This document shows positions 37,237 through 47,530 of a stretch of 64,000 nucleotides of DNA, piece by piece. The DNA comes from a virus (taxonomy: Duplodnaviria > Caudoviricetes). The DNA lies in the IMG/VR virus record IMGVR_UViG_3300014205_000002, positions 64,001 to 128,000 of that record. One strand, written 5' to 3'. The position numbers and the translations under genes were made by a program. The notes below the pieces were generated by a model. The model was not told where the DNA came from. It saw only the letters and a program-made list of their open reading frames with translations, and searched no databases. How positions within the stretch are numbered: the stretch's first letter is position 1; each line of letters begins with the position of its first letter.

Positions 37237-38720
37237 CTCAACTCAAGAGCCCCAAGCTGTTCAAGCGGCTTGAGACCACCATGACTTATCTCATGTACGA
37301 CAAGAGCGAGATGGGACGCCTCTACAATGGCATCCTGAGGCGCTCAAAGGTCATCATCGTGGACAGCATGCCGAGCCTGTCGCGGGCGGCTGTGTGCATG
37401 GAGGGGATCAAGCCCACCTTCATCTTCACGCCCGAGTACTTCGAGGAGCCGCTCCAGGTTCAGATCGACATCCTGTGTCATGAGATGTACCACCTAATCT
37501 TGAAGCACCCGATCCTTTATCGCGATCTGGAGGGCCCCAAGCTCGTGTTCAGGACGGGGCTACCGAGGCCGCAGCACCAGCAGATCGTGACGGTGATCAA
37601 CCTTGCCGCCGATGCGGTCGTGAACCAGCGGCTGCGGCCCGAGCAGGTCCAGGCGGGCTGGGTGCTGCCCGAGCGCTACGGCCTGGAACCGCACCGCGAC
37701 ACGACCTACTACCATGCGAAGTTCATGGAGATGTTCCCAGAGACCCCGCCCGAAAGCGGCTTCGGCGAGGGCGACGCGGACATGATGCTGATGCCGCAGG
37801 CTGGCGAGCCGGATGGCGAGCCGAGCGAGGACGCCACGGAGCTTGAGGTCGTGGTGCCGGCGGCGGAACCAGAAGGCGAGACGGAACCCATCCTGCGCGC
37901 CGAGCGCGCCATTCAGGGTTCCGCCGAGCAGGGCCCCATGCGCCAGCTTCATGAAGGCGTCCAGCAGGACTACGGCATCGCACCCGACGGCCAACTCGCG
38001 AATCCGCATCTGATGTGGAAGATCGGGCCTGAGGGCATCGGCAACGGCATCACCGACCCCGGCCTCGCCGAGGAAGCGATCCGCCAGGTGATCGCCAAGG
38101 CTGCGCTCGCGTTGACACCCCAGCAGCGCGGCACGCTGCCGGGCTGGCTCCAGCAGGAGATCGAGAGCGCGCTCAAGCCCTCGCGGGTGCCGTGGTTCTA
38201 CACGCTCAGGCGTTGCTTCGCGCGGCTCGGGGCGATGACCATGCGCAAGACCGTCGTGCGACCGAACCGCCACACCGGCGGCCGACCGGGTGTGCGGCCC
38301 GTACTCAAGCGCAAGATCATTGTCGCGATCGACGAGAGTTGCTCGGTCTCGGACTCGTGGGTCCAGCAGTTCAAGAGCGAGATCCACCACGCCTGGACGA
38401 TGGGCGTCGACGTCTGGGTGATCACGCACAACAGCGTCGTGACGAGCATGTATCGCTACAACGGCAAGAATCTGGCCTGGGGCCGCAAGGGTGGCGGCAC
38501 CGATCACACGGAAGTGATCGATCGCGCCAATGCGGAGAAGGCCGACTTGCTCGTGTGCATGACCGACGGCTACACCGGCGTCGCCGAGGGCACCCGCCCG
38601 AAGCACGGCATGAAGGTCGCCTGGGTCACGACGCCAGACGGCGTGAACCCGGTGGATCAGGACTACTGCGACTTCGGGTTCCATGTGCCCATCTACGAGC
38701 TGGAGGAGGAGGCCGCTTGA
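37230..38720 (+). CDS. DUF2201-type metallopeptidase-vWA protein
   Basis: HEMYH, NLAAD..VNQ, MIDAS DESCS..GGGTD..TDG; AAAGGAG RBS. Confidence 0.9.
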   Translation: MLTQLKSPKLFKRLETTMTYLMYDKSEMGRLYNGILRRSKVIIVDSMPSLSRAAVCMEGIKPTFIFTPEYFEEPLQVQIDILCHEMYHLILKHPILYRDLEGPKLVFRTGLPRPQHQQIVTVINLAADAVVNQRLRPEQVQAGWVLPERYGLEPHRDTTYYHAKFMEMFPETPPESGFGEGDADMMLMPQAGEPDGEPSEDATELEVVVPAAEPEGETEPILRAERAIQGSAEQGPMRQLHEGVQQDYGIAPDGQLANPHLMWKIGPEGIGNGITDPGLAEEAIRQVIAKAALALTPQQRGTLPGWLQQEIESALKPSRVPWFYTLRRCFARLGAMTMRKTVVRPNRHTGGRPGVRPVLKRKIIVAIDESCSVSDSWVQQFKSEIHHAWTMGVDVWVITHNSVVTSMYRYNGKNLAWGRKGGGTDHTEVIDRANAEKADLLVCMTDGYTGVAEGTRPKHGMKVAWVTTPDGVNPVDQDYCDFGFHVPIYELEEEAA

Positions 38721-40183
38721 GCTTCAATACCCGCACCGAGAGCGCTGCGGCCGCAGCGCTGCTCGATCAGGTCCACGGATTGAGTCCCGACGATCAGGCC
38801 AACTTCATCGCGCAGCTGCTCGCAGACTACCTTGAGGTCGACGGACTCGGCCGCACCATCGCCGCCCTGGACGAACTCGTGGCCGTCCTGCCGGCCGGGC
38901 CCGGTATCGACGCGCTCATGAAGCTCCAGCTCCGGTGGGAGGAGACCGAGGGCGACAAGAACAGCTACGGCTTTGCGACCTGGGGTTACGCGGTGAGTAA
39001 CCCAGGCCTGTCGGACGACTTCATAAACCTGATCGTCGAGCGTCGCCCCAGCGTGCTTGTGCCGGGGAGCACCTATGCGCGCACCATTGCGGCTAAACTC
39101 ACGCCCGCGCAGTTCCTGCGGGTGGTCGAGACGGAAGGGGCCAGCGAGGGCGTGGCGAAGGCCATCCTCGATCGTTTCAAGGACGTGGTGACGCCTCAGG
39201 CCGTCTGGACCTTCGCCCAGAAGTGGGCCGAGAACCCCAAGCACAGCGCGCCCGTCAGCTTCCACGCCAATGCCATGAACGACGCGATCGACAACGTCCT
39301 GCGCATGGCGATCGCGGATCGGCAGACGCCGCCGGCGATCGTTGGGGCGCTCTATGCTGCATGGGTACTGGTTCGACCGGAACTCGCCTTGCACCCGAAC
39401 CTGCCCCAGAAAGACTTCGACGCGGCCGTCGAGGTACTGGTGACGCACCCATGGGGCGAGTGGCCGAAAGAGTGGGCGGGCGTCGCCTGCGAGCTCGTGC
39501 GCTCGCCCCGGCTGCCCGCCTCCGTAGTGAACTACCTGCTCGACGAGCCGCGGAGTTGGCGTTACCTCGGCTCCAACCCGGCGTTGCCGGCGAACATCCG
39601 CACGATCATCATCGAGCAGGGTAGCCCAGCCGACTACCTCGGCCTGATCGAAAACCGCGCGATCGACCCCGCCGAGTTCAAGGCCTGGTTTGAGCGGGCC
39701 GTGGATCTGGGGACCGGGGTCGAACTCAACGACTCCAACCTCCTGAACCACCCATGCATGACCGGCGCGCAGCTCGCGGTGTTCGCCCATTACATCCGCA
39801 TCTGGTCGCCCGCCAAGTTCAGCGCCCATCTACGCAGCTCCGCCGCATGCGATAAATCGCTGGCGGCGGCCATTCGCGGGGCTCGGAGTTGCAATATAAC
39901 CAGCATCGTGAGCACGCTCACGAAGTTTCTCGCCAAACCCCATGGCCGTGAGCGGGCGGGTGTCCAGACTCTGGAGGCGTGTCTCGGCTGCGTAAAGTCC
40001 GCTGGCAGCAACGACAACGGCCTGCGCGCCGCGGTGGCCCGGCATCCGGCGGTGGACGCAGGGATCCTCAAGCGGCTCGCCAAGATCCAGAATCGCGACG
40101 TGCGTGCAGCCGTGGGGGCTGCGCGTGTGCGACTCAACCAAAAGGAGCCCGCGAATGACTCAGCAGAAGCTGCCTCTGCCTGA
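38717..40183 (+). CDS. Alpha-solenoid (LRV/HEAT-like) paralog 1
   Basis: TTG start with GGAGGAGG RBS; repeated HPNLP/SPRLP/NPALP. Confidence 0.7.
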   Translation: MSFNTRTESAAAAALLDQVHGLSPDDQANFIAQLLADYLEVDGLGRTIAALDELVAVLPAGPGIDALMKLQLRWEETEGDKNSYGFATWGYAVSNPGLSDDFINLIVERRPSVLVPGSTYARTIAAKLTPAQFLRVVETEGASEGVAKAILDRFKDVVTPQAVWTFAQKWAENPKHSAPVSFHANAMNDAIDNVLRMAIADRQTPPAIVGALYAAWVLVRPELALHPNLPQKDFDAAVEVLVTHPWGEWPKEWAGVACELVRSPRLPASVVNYLLDEPRSWRYLGSNPALPANIRTIIIEQGSPADYLGLIENRAIDPAEFKAWFERAVDLGTGVELNDSNLLNHPCMTGAQLAVFAHYIRIWSPAKFSAHLRSSAACDKSLAAAIRGARSCNITSIVSTLTKFLAKPHGRERAGVQTLEACLGCVKSAGSNDNGLRAAVARHPAVDAGILKRLAKIQNRDVRAAVGAARVRLNQKEPANDSAEAASA

Positions 40184-41609
40184 CACCGTGGAGACGGTGC
40201 GGGCCCAGGCCGAGAAGCTTTCCAGCGCCGACCAGGCGGATTTGCTCGCGCAGATGCTGGGCGGCTTCTTGCGCCACGACATCGACCGCGTGCTGGTGCC
40301 GGCGGCCGACAAGGCGGCGACGCGCAATGGCCTCAGGCTCCTGCGCGCGCTGGTCGATCGCCAGGCCCGGCCGGCCGGTCCCGGCGGCCCATTGAAGCCG
40401 CCCGAGGCCATGCGGCATGTGGTACTGGACATCGCCCAGAACCCGATGGCGGACGAGGAGCTGGTGACCTGGGCTATTCGGTACGGCGTCAGCGAGCTGC
40501 TCAAGATCACCGACAAGGATCGCAATAAGGCCTACCGGCCAGACGAGGTGCGCGAGCCCTGGTTCACCGACGAACGGGTGGCGCTGATCATCGAGACCCA
40601 TATGCCGATCGGCGCGCTGATGGACTGGATGGGGCACTACATGCTGGATCTCCCGGTGCCTTTGCGCGAGGCCTATCTCGCCAAGCTCGTGGTGGCCGAG
40701 CGCGAACTGGGATTGCCCGGGCGGCTGCGGGACAGCCGCCGCGAGCAGATCGTGCATCTGGCCTTCAAGACCTATGAACTCTCGGTGGCGTCGGTGCTGG
40801 CGCTGTGGGAGGTTTACCCGATGCACCGCGACATCCTGTTGTTTCACCGGGGCATGCCCGAGGAGGTGGCGCTCGCGAAGATGGGTGAGTTCTGTGAGGA
40901 CGCGCCCATCAAGGGCAAGCCCCACGAGACCGTCACCAACGACCGCCGGCTGTTTGAGGCGATGTTCACCTGGCCGAAGCTGCCGACGAAGTTCATGTAC
41001 TTCTTTATGGATGATCCCGAACTCCGGCCGCTGATCGCCGACAACCCCAAGCTACCGGCCGACCTCGCGTGCATGCTCGCAGGTTTCCGCGAGTGGCCGG
41101 TGGTCGAGAAACTACTCAGGCATCAGACCCTGCCTCAGCAAACCTGGCAGGAGGTCTTTGAGGAGGCCTTCCGTATCAACATGACGGAAGCCATCAAGTG
41201 CGGTCGCGCAAACCCCCTGGCGAGCCCTGAGCAGCTCTCAGAGATGTGGCTGAGTGACATCGGCGACGCGGCGCGGACGTTGGAGTACCTCGCCCACCCA
41301 GCCTGCTCGTCCAAGCTCTACTGGCAGATCGTGGCTTCCAGTCGTCGCAAGGACTGGTGGGGCCGGGTGCTGGCGGTGTTACTAGAGGACGAAAGCATGT
41401 CCGAGGCGAAGCTGGTCAAGCTCTGCGGATTCAAGCAGGGCGACGACAAGTGGATCGACAAGTTCCCCGCCTCGGCCTGCACCAAGCTCGCCCAGCACCC
41501 CCATGCGCCGCTTTGGGCGCTGGAGATAGTATCGGAGTATGCGGGCCCGCAGGATGCCCGGGCCGCCGATGACAACATTGAGAAGCGGAAAGCGAGAATG
41601 ACAGCATGA
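40155..41609 (+). CDS. Alpha-solenoid (LRV/HEAT-like) paralog 2
   Basis: AAAGGAG RBS; NPKLP and LAHP motifs. Confidence 0.7.
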   Translation: MTQQKLPLPDTVETVRAQAEKLSSADQADLLAQMLGGFLRHDIDRVLVPAADKAATRNGLRLLRALVDRQARPAGPGGPLKPPEAMRHVVLDIAQNPMADEELVTWAIRYGVSELLKITDKDRNKAYRPDEVREPWFTDERVALIIETHMPIGALMDWMGHYMLDLPVPLREAYLAKLVVAERELGLPGRLRDSRREQIVHLAFKTYELSVASVLALWEVYPMHRDILLFHRGMPEEVALAKMGEFCEDAPIKGKPHETVTNDRRLFEAMFTWPKLPTKFMYFFMDDPELRPLIADNPKLPADLACMLAGFREWPVVEKLLRHQTLPQQTWQEVFEEAFRINMTEAIKCGRANPLASPEQLSEMWLSDIGDAARTLEYLAHPACSSKLYWQIVASSRRKDWWGRVLAVLLEDESMSEAKLVKLCGFKQGDDKWIDKFPASACTKLAQHPHAPLWALEIVSEYAGPQDARAADDNIEKRKARMTA

Positions 41610-43126
41610 CGACCTTCAACGACGTCTACGACGGCTACACCCATCTGCCCGAGCGATCGCGCCTGGAATTCCTGCGGCAGGCCATGATCATGGGCTCGGA
41701 GATCACGAACGGCGATCTGATCGAGATGATCAAGCCGCTCGCCTGCGCCGAGAACCACTGGTGCGATCTGTTTGAGCTGTGCGTGCAGCTGATCCAGTTG
41801 GAGTTCGGCTATAGCAATGAGGCCTTGGGTCTGGAACTCAACGGTTTCGCGCGCAACGTCAACCTGCCCGAGCATGTGGCGGATCTGATGGTTACGGCCG
41901 GCTGTCCGGACTTCTGGGACGGATCGCTGAGTCACCTCTCGCCCATGTGGACCCTGAGCCGAATCGACACGATGATCCGGAGCCAATTCCCTGGCTCGGT
42001 CGTCTGCCATTGGGTGGTGATGAACCGCCATGCGATCAGCCAGGAGCAGTTTGAGTGCTTCTTTGCGCGGGCGCTGGAAACCCACGCCGACATGGCTGAC
42101 ATGGTCCCCCGCTTTCCTTGGGCGGCCGAGGAGGCGCATCTGGTCCAAGGCGGCCTTTGGCGCAAGAGTGACACCGGCATGGACGCCCTGTTCAGCATGG
42201 TCGCACAGGATCACCATCCAGTCTCGCCGGCGACGCTCCGGCGCTTCTACAGCCTCGGCTGGCAGCGTTATGGTGCGATGCTAGTGGCGCACCCTGGCCT
42301 GCCTGAGGAGGTCTTCGACTACGAGCACAGCGTCTGCGTAAACGGCACGCCCGAATGGGCCAGGCTGCACGACAGCGAGGGCCGGCTCCGAAAGCTGGTC
42401 GCCAACCCAAGCTGCCCGCCGCGCTACCTCTACTACAGCCTAGAGAGCCGGCGCTTGTGGCAGGCGATGGCCCTGAACCCCCGGCTGCCGGAGGATATCC
42501 GCAGCCTGATGTTGGCCGACGGCGACGAAGGCGTGCAGGAGGGCATGCTCCATAACGAGAGCCTGCCTGCGGAGGCGTGGAACGCAATCGCGAGCAACCT
42601 CAGCCTGGCGTATGCCGAGACCTTCTTGGTCAACCTCGCGAACCGTCAATTCAATGACTGCCTGCTGCGAGACAAGCGTTGGTCTAAAGCCTCGCTGATG
42701 CTGGCTTTCGTTGCCGTTCTCAACTTGGAGAAGTCGGGACATCGCTCACTTGTGAGCAGCAGCCAGAACTGGGTCGCGCGTTTCGCCCAGGCGGGCCAGC
42801 CGCTGGGCGACGTGGTCGTGGAGATGGTTGAGGCAATCGCCTTGGAGCGTTGGGCTTCCAATGCCTACCGCGACATCCTGCGCTGGTCGCCAAACACGTC
42901 TCCGGCGACGCTCTGGGCCATGCTTGAAAACAGCACCGAGGCGGACACGGGGCTCGCGAGCGATCTCGTCACCCACCCAGCGGCCAACATCAAGCTACTC
43001 AAGGCGATCGCGGAGAAGTGGCTGGGCCATGACCTCTACATCGTCCAGCACGCCACCAAGCGCATCAACGAACTTTACAAGGAGGCTACAGTCCATGGCA
43101 CTCTCACCCCTGGAACTGATCCATGA
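41606..43126 (+). CDS. Alpha-solenoid (LRV/HEAT-like) paralog 3
   Basis: ATGA overlap; HPGLP, NPSCP, NPRLP. Confidence 0.7.
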   Translation: MTTFNDVYDGYTHLPERSRLEFLRQAMIMGSEITNGDLIEMIKPLACAENHWCDLFELCVQLIQLEFGYSNEALGLELNGFARNVNLPEHVADLMVTAGCPDFWDGSLSHLSPMWTLSRIDTMIRSQFPGSVVCHWVVMNRHAISQEQFECFFARALETHADMADMVPRFPWAAEEAHLVQGGLWRKSDTGMDALFSMVAQDHHPVSPATLRRFYSLGWQRYGAMLVAHPGLPEEVFDYEHSVCVNGTPEWARLHDSEGRLRKLVANPSCPPRYLYYSLESRRLWQAMALNPRLPEDIRSLMLADGDEGVQEGMLHNESLPAEAWNAIASNLSLAYAETFLVNLANRQFNDCLLRDKRWSKASLMLAFVAVLNLEKSGHRSLVSSSQNWVARFAQAGQPLGDVVVEMVEAIALERWASNAYRDILRWSPNTSPATLWAMLENSTEADTGLASDLVTHPAANIKLLKAIAEKWLGHDLYIVQHATKRINELYKEATVHGTLTPGTDP

Positions 43127-44573
43127 GCAGATCGACGAGCTGTCGGACACCGATCGCGGGGAGTTGGCCGCCCAGCTGACCTGGCGCTTCCTCAAGGGCG
43201 AGGACAGCTCCCAGGACGGCTTCCTCGGCGATCTCGCGAACCGCATCGGCCAGGACATGATCGACGCACCGCACAAGCTCGCCTTCGTGACGGAATTGCT
43301 CAACCTGTCTGGCTCCTACAACGGGTACCACTCGGGTGCTTCGGACATGGCCAAGCGGATCCTGCAACGCGACAACGTGCCAACTCACACCGTCGACGTC
43401 ATGATCACGGGCCATCTCGACGCGGTGCTGCTGGAGCCTATTTCCTCGCAATACAAGTACCAGCTGACCCAGCCACAGGTCGACAGGATCGCGGGCCAGT
43501 ACAGCGCCTCGGATCGAGCGATCGACTTCGTGAAGCGCGAGGCTGCGCGCATCACGCCGGCGCGCTACGACGAGTTCCTCGCACGGGCGATGAAGGAGCA
43601 CCTCTTCTTCGACGATGAAGACGGGCGCTACCGGCCACGCAAGATCGACGACATCATGGGGCCCGTCGTTCACGGCAAGCAGCCGGGGAACGCGGAGTTG
43701 ATTGCCCAGGCTGTCGGACGCTCGGACCAGGTGGCCCGCAGCCTCGCCAAACATGGGCTACTTCCGCTCGCGTTCATCGAGGAGAACATGGCGCGCTTCG
43801 CGGAGTTGGAAGGTCCGCTGCAAACCTGGGACAGCGAGTTGCGCGAAGGCCTGCTCGCCAACCCGAGCACACCAGAGAAGTACCTCTACTTCTACGCAGA
43901 GGACGAGGAGCGCCGATCCTGGTTTAGCCTGGCCGAAAACCCCAAGCTGCCCATGGATCTCGCGAACCTGCTGGTGAGCCAGGGCAACGATGGCGTGGCG
44001 TTGGCGTTGGCGACGAACAAGTCGCTCGACGCGAAGCTCTGGAACGAGGCCGTTTGCCACCTCGCACGCTCGGAGCGCATGCGCGACGGAAAGTCCTCGG
44101 ACTACATCCGCGACCCCCGGGCGACGGTGGACACGCTGGTTTACCTGTGCGAGCGGATGGCGGCGTGGCGCGAAGCCAACCAGGGCGGCTACCAGCATGT
44201 GGCCTGGTTTCCGGCCTTCATGCGCACGGGGATGCCGGGTGGCGTGGTGGCACGCTTCATCACCATCGTCGCCGCTTACAAGTGGGGCAAGGACGCCATG
44301 CTCGCCGCGCTGGAGGCAGCCGCCGGCGAGCGCTTCGAGATCACCGCGGCAGCCCTGCGGATGATGAGTACGCACGCCAAGGGCGGCAGCAAGGCGGCCA
44401 TGACCATGCGGCTGCTGCTCGCCGGGCAAGCAACCACTCCAGACGATATACTGGTCACGCTGGCCGGCTCGAACGACGAGGCGATCGCCGGCGCGGCCAA
44501 GTCCCAGATGATGCGCCGCGGAGCCAGCGACGTCATCAGCGCCTATTACCAGAAGGAGTCCAAGAAAAAATGA
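43095..44573 (+). CDS. Alpha-solenoid (LRV/HEAT-like) paralog 4
   Basis: AAGGAGG RBS; NPSTP, NPKLP. Confidence 0.7.
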   Translation: MALSPLELIHEQIDELSDTDRGELAAQLTWRFLKGEDSSQDGFLGDLANRIGQDMIDAPHKLAFVTELLNLSGSYNGYHSGASDMAKRILQRDNVPTHTVDVMITGHLDAVLLEPISSQYKYQLTQPQVDRIAGQYSASDRAIDFVKREAARITPARYDEFLARAMKEHLFFDDEDGRYRPRKIDDIMGPVVHGKQPGNAELIAQAVGRSDQVARSLAKHGLLPLAFIEENMARFAELEGPLQTWDSELREGLLANPSTPEKYLYFYAEDEERRSWFSLAENPKLPMDLANLLVSQGNDGVALALATNKSLDAKLWNEAVCHLARSERMRDGKSSDYIRDPRATVDTLVYLCERMAAWREANQGGYQHVAWFPAFMRTGMPGGVVARFITIVAAYKWGKDAMLAALEAAAGERFEITAAALRMMSTHAKGGSKAAMTMRLLLAGQATTPDDILVTLAGSNDEAIAGAAKSQMMRRGASDVISAYYQKESKKK

Positions 44574-45343
44574 CCGTACGCAGCTACAACAAGCAGGCAA
44601 TGATCGCCGAACTCCGCGCCCACGCGCTGACCTCAGTGACGCCCGCCCGCCTCGGCCATGAGGGCGCTCGAACGCCGGGTGCGAAGGGCGTCTTGCTGAT
44701 GCTCAACCACCTGGAGAAGAACACGGACTTCTTCGACGCGCCCGCCAGCTCCCGCCGGCACTACCACAAGTCCGAGGTCGGCGGGCTCGCCCAGCACTCG
44801 TGGAACGTGATCAAGCTGATGCAGCGCTTCATCGTCGCCACCTTCAACGACACGGCGCAGGCCGAGCTGTACTGGTCGGCCACGCCGACGGCGGCAGCTC
44901 TCGACACCAAGGCGCTCTTGGAAAGTTGTTTCGTAATTGGCTTGTGCCATGACCTCAATAAGACCACGGTCTGGGGTCATCGGCAGTACGTCGACAACAT
45001 GCTCGTCAAGGGCCGCTCTGAGGCCGAGCCGTGGAAGAAGAACGCCCAGCGCGTGAAGCTCGGCTCGACCGACCAGGTGCTGCTCGCGTCGGAGTTCATC
45101 GACCTCAAGGCCGACGAGGTGCAGGGCATCCGCTACATCGAGGGCATGTACGATCGCAGCTTCATGGCCGACCTCGGTGCCAATTTCGAGTTCCTCACGC
45201 TGGCCGCTCACCACGCGGACATCATGGCCTCGCACGTCGTCGAGTCCAACGTGCCGTGGGATCGCGATCACCGCACCTGGGGCGCTCAGTTCGGGGCCTA
45301 CGCCAGTGTGCCCCAGACGGCCGAGGAGGCTGCCATCCTCTGA
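44570..45343 (+). CDS. HD-domain protein, phage YhaM-related family
   Basis: FFDAPAS..H..GGLAQHSWNV..LCHDLNK..HHADIMAS. Confidence 0.8.
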   Translation: MTVRSYNKQAMIAELRAHALTSVTPARLGHEGARTPGAKGVLLMLNHLEKNTDFFDAPASSRRHYHKSEVGGLAQHSWNVIKLMQRFIVATFNDTAQAELYWSATPTAAALDTKALLESCFVIGLCHDLNKTTVWGHRQYVDNMLVKGRSEAEPWKKNAQRVKLGSTDQVLLASEFIDLKADEVQGIRYIEGMYDRSFMADLGANFEFLTLAAHHADIMASHVVESNVPWDRDHRTWGAQFGAYASVPQTAEEAAIL

Positions 45344-45354
45344 AAGGAGGACCC

Positions 45355-46149
45355 GTGTCCACATTGAACGAATCGAAGGCCGCGCTGGTGAAGCGCGGCC
45401 TTCCTGCTGAGGCCGTCGCGATCCTGGCGGCCCAGCTCCCAGCGGGCGATCTCTCGTACAAACCGAAGAAGGTCATCAAGTCCACGACGGGCCAGGGCTT
45501 CGTGGCGCTCGCGATCGCCTACGTCGATCGCGACGCGGTCTGCAAGCGCCTGCACGAGAGCGGTCTCGCCTGGAGCTACAAGCCCACCCTGATCGAGCGC
45601 ACCAACGTCTACGCGTGCATCCTGGGTACAATCCTCGTGACGCTGGAAAGCGGCGTCGTGGTCGAGTTCTCCGACTACGGCGAGGCCGAGAACGGCCGCG
45701 GGTATGCGGATCGCGAACTCGTCAAGGAGGCGAACACCGATGCGATCAAGCGCGCCGGTCGTATGCTGCTGATCGGGGCGGAGATGTCCAAGGTCAAGAA
45801 GGTCTGGAAGCCCTGTCTCGTCGAGAACGAGCGGGATACCAAGCTGAAATTCCAGGCCTGGGTGGAGGAGGTCGATCCCGAGCCTCCGGCCATACCGCCG
45901 GTGACCAAGCCGATCACGCCGGCCGTGGTCGCCGTGATCAATACGAAGCCGCCACCTCCGCATGTGGAGCGCATCGAGAAGCTGATCGAGAAGCATGCGA
46001 TCAAGCGGTCGGAGCTGATCCTCTACATCCAGAACACGTTCAAGGTCAACGACTTCGCCCTGCTGACGGAGGCCAACGCCCAGGTCGTGGTCGACACCAT
46101 CGTGCGCAAGTACGAGAGCCCCAAGGAGGTCCCGATTGGACGCAGTTAG
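45355..46149 (+). CDS. Rad52/Rad22-like (Sak-type) single-strand annealing protein
   Basis: AYVDRDAVCKRL..W..KEANTDAIKRA..IG; GAAAGGAGG RBS. Confidence 0.8.
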   Translation: MSTLNESKAALVKRGLPAEAVAILAAQLPAGDLSYKPKKVIKSTTGQGFVALAIAYVDRDAVCKRLHESGLAWSYKPTLIERTNVYACILGTILVTLESGVVVEFSDYGEAENGRGYADRELVKEANTDAIKRAGRMLLIGAEMSKVKKVWKPCLVENERDTKLKFQAWVEEVDPEPPAIPPVTKPITPAVVAVINTKPPPPHVERIEKLIEKHAIKRSELILYIQNTFKVNDFALLTEANAQVVVDTIVRKYESPKEVPIGRS

Positions 46150-46567
46150 CTACACCCCGCAAGACAACGGCCTCACGCCCGGCGGCACCCCGCCGCGCGA
46201 GGAAGCGCGCACCTTCACCGCGGGCTTCACGCCCCCGTGGATCATCTACGGGGCGATGCCCGAGACCTACCAGATGAAGATCGTCGGCGAGGAACTGGAC
46301 GCCATCTTCGAGGCCGGCGACTTCATCGGCGACTACGGCCTACTCAAGGGCCGCTACAACTGGGGCGACGCCAACGGTGTCCACGTCAAGCGCGAGGACA
46401 TGATGGTGCTGCTGCTCGCGTTGCAGCTCTATGAGCAGTTCGGCTGGAACGCGCAGTACAGCGCCCCGAGCGACCAGGAAGAAGAGGATCGCGGAGCGGT
46501 GCTCAGGGAGGCCGCCAGCAGCCTGCGCTCGGCCATCCTGGAGACCCTCGGCATTGACGAGGTCTGA
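46136..46567 (+). CDS. Hypothetical protein
   Basis: AAGGAGG RBS, TTG start. Confidence 0.6.
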   Translation: MDAVSYTPQDNGLTPGGTPPREEARTFTAGFTPPWIIYGAMPETYQMKIVGEELDAIFEAGDFIGDYGLLKGRYNWGDANGVHVKREDMMVLLLALQLYEQFGWNAQYSAPSDQEEEDRGAVLREAASSLRSAILETLGIDEV

Positions 46568-46568
46568 G

Positions 46569-47051
46569 ATGGGCGAGGTCGACCTCACGTGGGCCTTTGA
46601 CCTCGTCGCGCCGATCTATTGCACGGATTGGTCGAATGGCGTTCGCAACATAGCGGAGGCCCGGCTCGCGCTCACCCGGCTCAAGCTCGCGGATCGGCTG
46701 CGGCTGTCCCTGCTGCTGCCGCATCTCGGCATCGCGCCGGGTGACTTCACCCAGCTGCTGGTAGATCTGACGGACGGCCTGGAGTTGCCCGGAACCAAGG
46801 CCCTGCGCTACGTGGCCCACACCGTCTACGACGTCGCCTTCGTGGAACTCGTGAGTCTCTGGGGCGAGGACTTCCTGGTGCTCGACGAAAGCAAGTGCGG
46901 ATTCATCCGCAAGGACGACCCTGACCGTGGTCGAGTCTTCTCAACCGATCTCGCCACGGGCTGGACGGCGTTCATGAGCGCACGGAATCTACACCGCCGG
47001 ATCGACCTAATTGCGCGCGACCTTGTGCCTCATGGGGCTGGCCCACTGTGA
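46569..47051 (+). CDS. Hypothetical protein, paralog of the next gene
   Basis: FDLVAPI..RLALTRLKLADRLRL. Confidence 0.6.
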   Translation: MGEVDLTWAFDLVAPIYCTDWSNGVRNIAEARLALTRLKLADRLRLSLLLPHLGIAPGDFTQLLVDLTDGLELPGTKALRYVAHTVYDVAFVELVSLWGEDFLVLDESKCGFIRKDDPDRGRVFSTDLATGWTAFMSARNLHRRIDLIARDLVPHGAGPL

Positions 47052-47530
47052 CGCCGGTGGTGACGCCCGAGGCCCTGGAGTTGCTTGATCTGATCGGCCC
47101 GATCGACAACTACGCGAATGTGAGCCTGCGCTTTGAGAGGCCGGCCCGCGTGGCGTTGGTGAAACTCGCGCTCGCCGACAGGCAGCGCCTGCTCGCGGGG
47201 ACAGCCATCTCGGGCAGCGTGCATGTCGGATCCATGCTGCTGGAACTCGTGACGGACGGCGCGTCGCTCGACGACGCGGTGTGGGGTGCCGCGATCAGCG
47301 ACATCTACCAGGCTGTCTTCCCGAATCTCGTTTTGGGGATGGCGAAAGGCAAGCTCATGATCCACCCCCAGGCTCGCCACATATTTCTCACCGGCGAACC
47401 GGACGCCGTGCTGTTTCAAGCCCGCAGTGACCCATGGCCCAGCTTCTCCAGCGCGGAGGAGCTGGCTCGCGAGATCGATAGCGTTCTCGCCGTAGGCCAT
47501 GACCACCCCTCGATCTGGAGGACCTCATGA
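47048..47530 (+). CDS. Hypothetical protein, paralog of the previous gene
   Basis: LDLIGPI..RVALVKLALADRQRL. Confidence 0.6.
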   Translation: MTPVVTPEALELLDLIGPIDNYANVSLRFERPARVALVKLALADRQRLLAGTAISGSVHVGSMLLELVTDGASLDDAVWGAAISDIYQAVFPNLVLGMAKGKLMIHPQARHIFLTGEPDAVLFQARSDPWPSFSSAEELAREIDSVLAVGHDHPSIWRTS

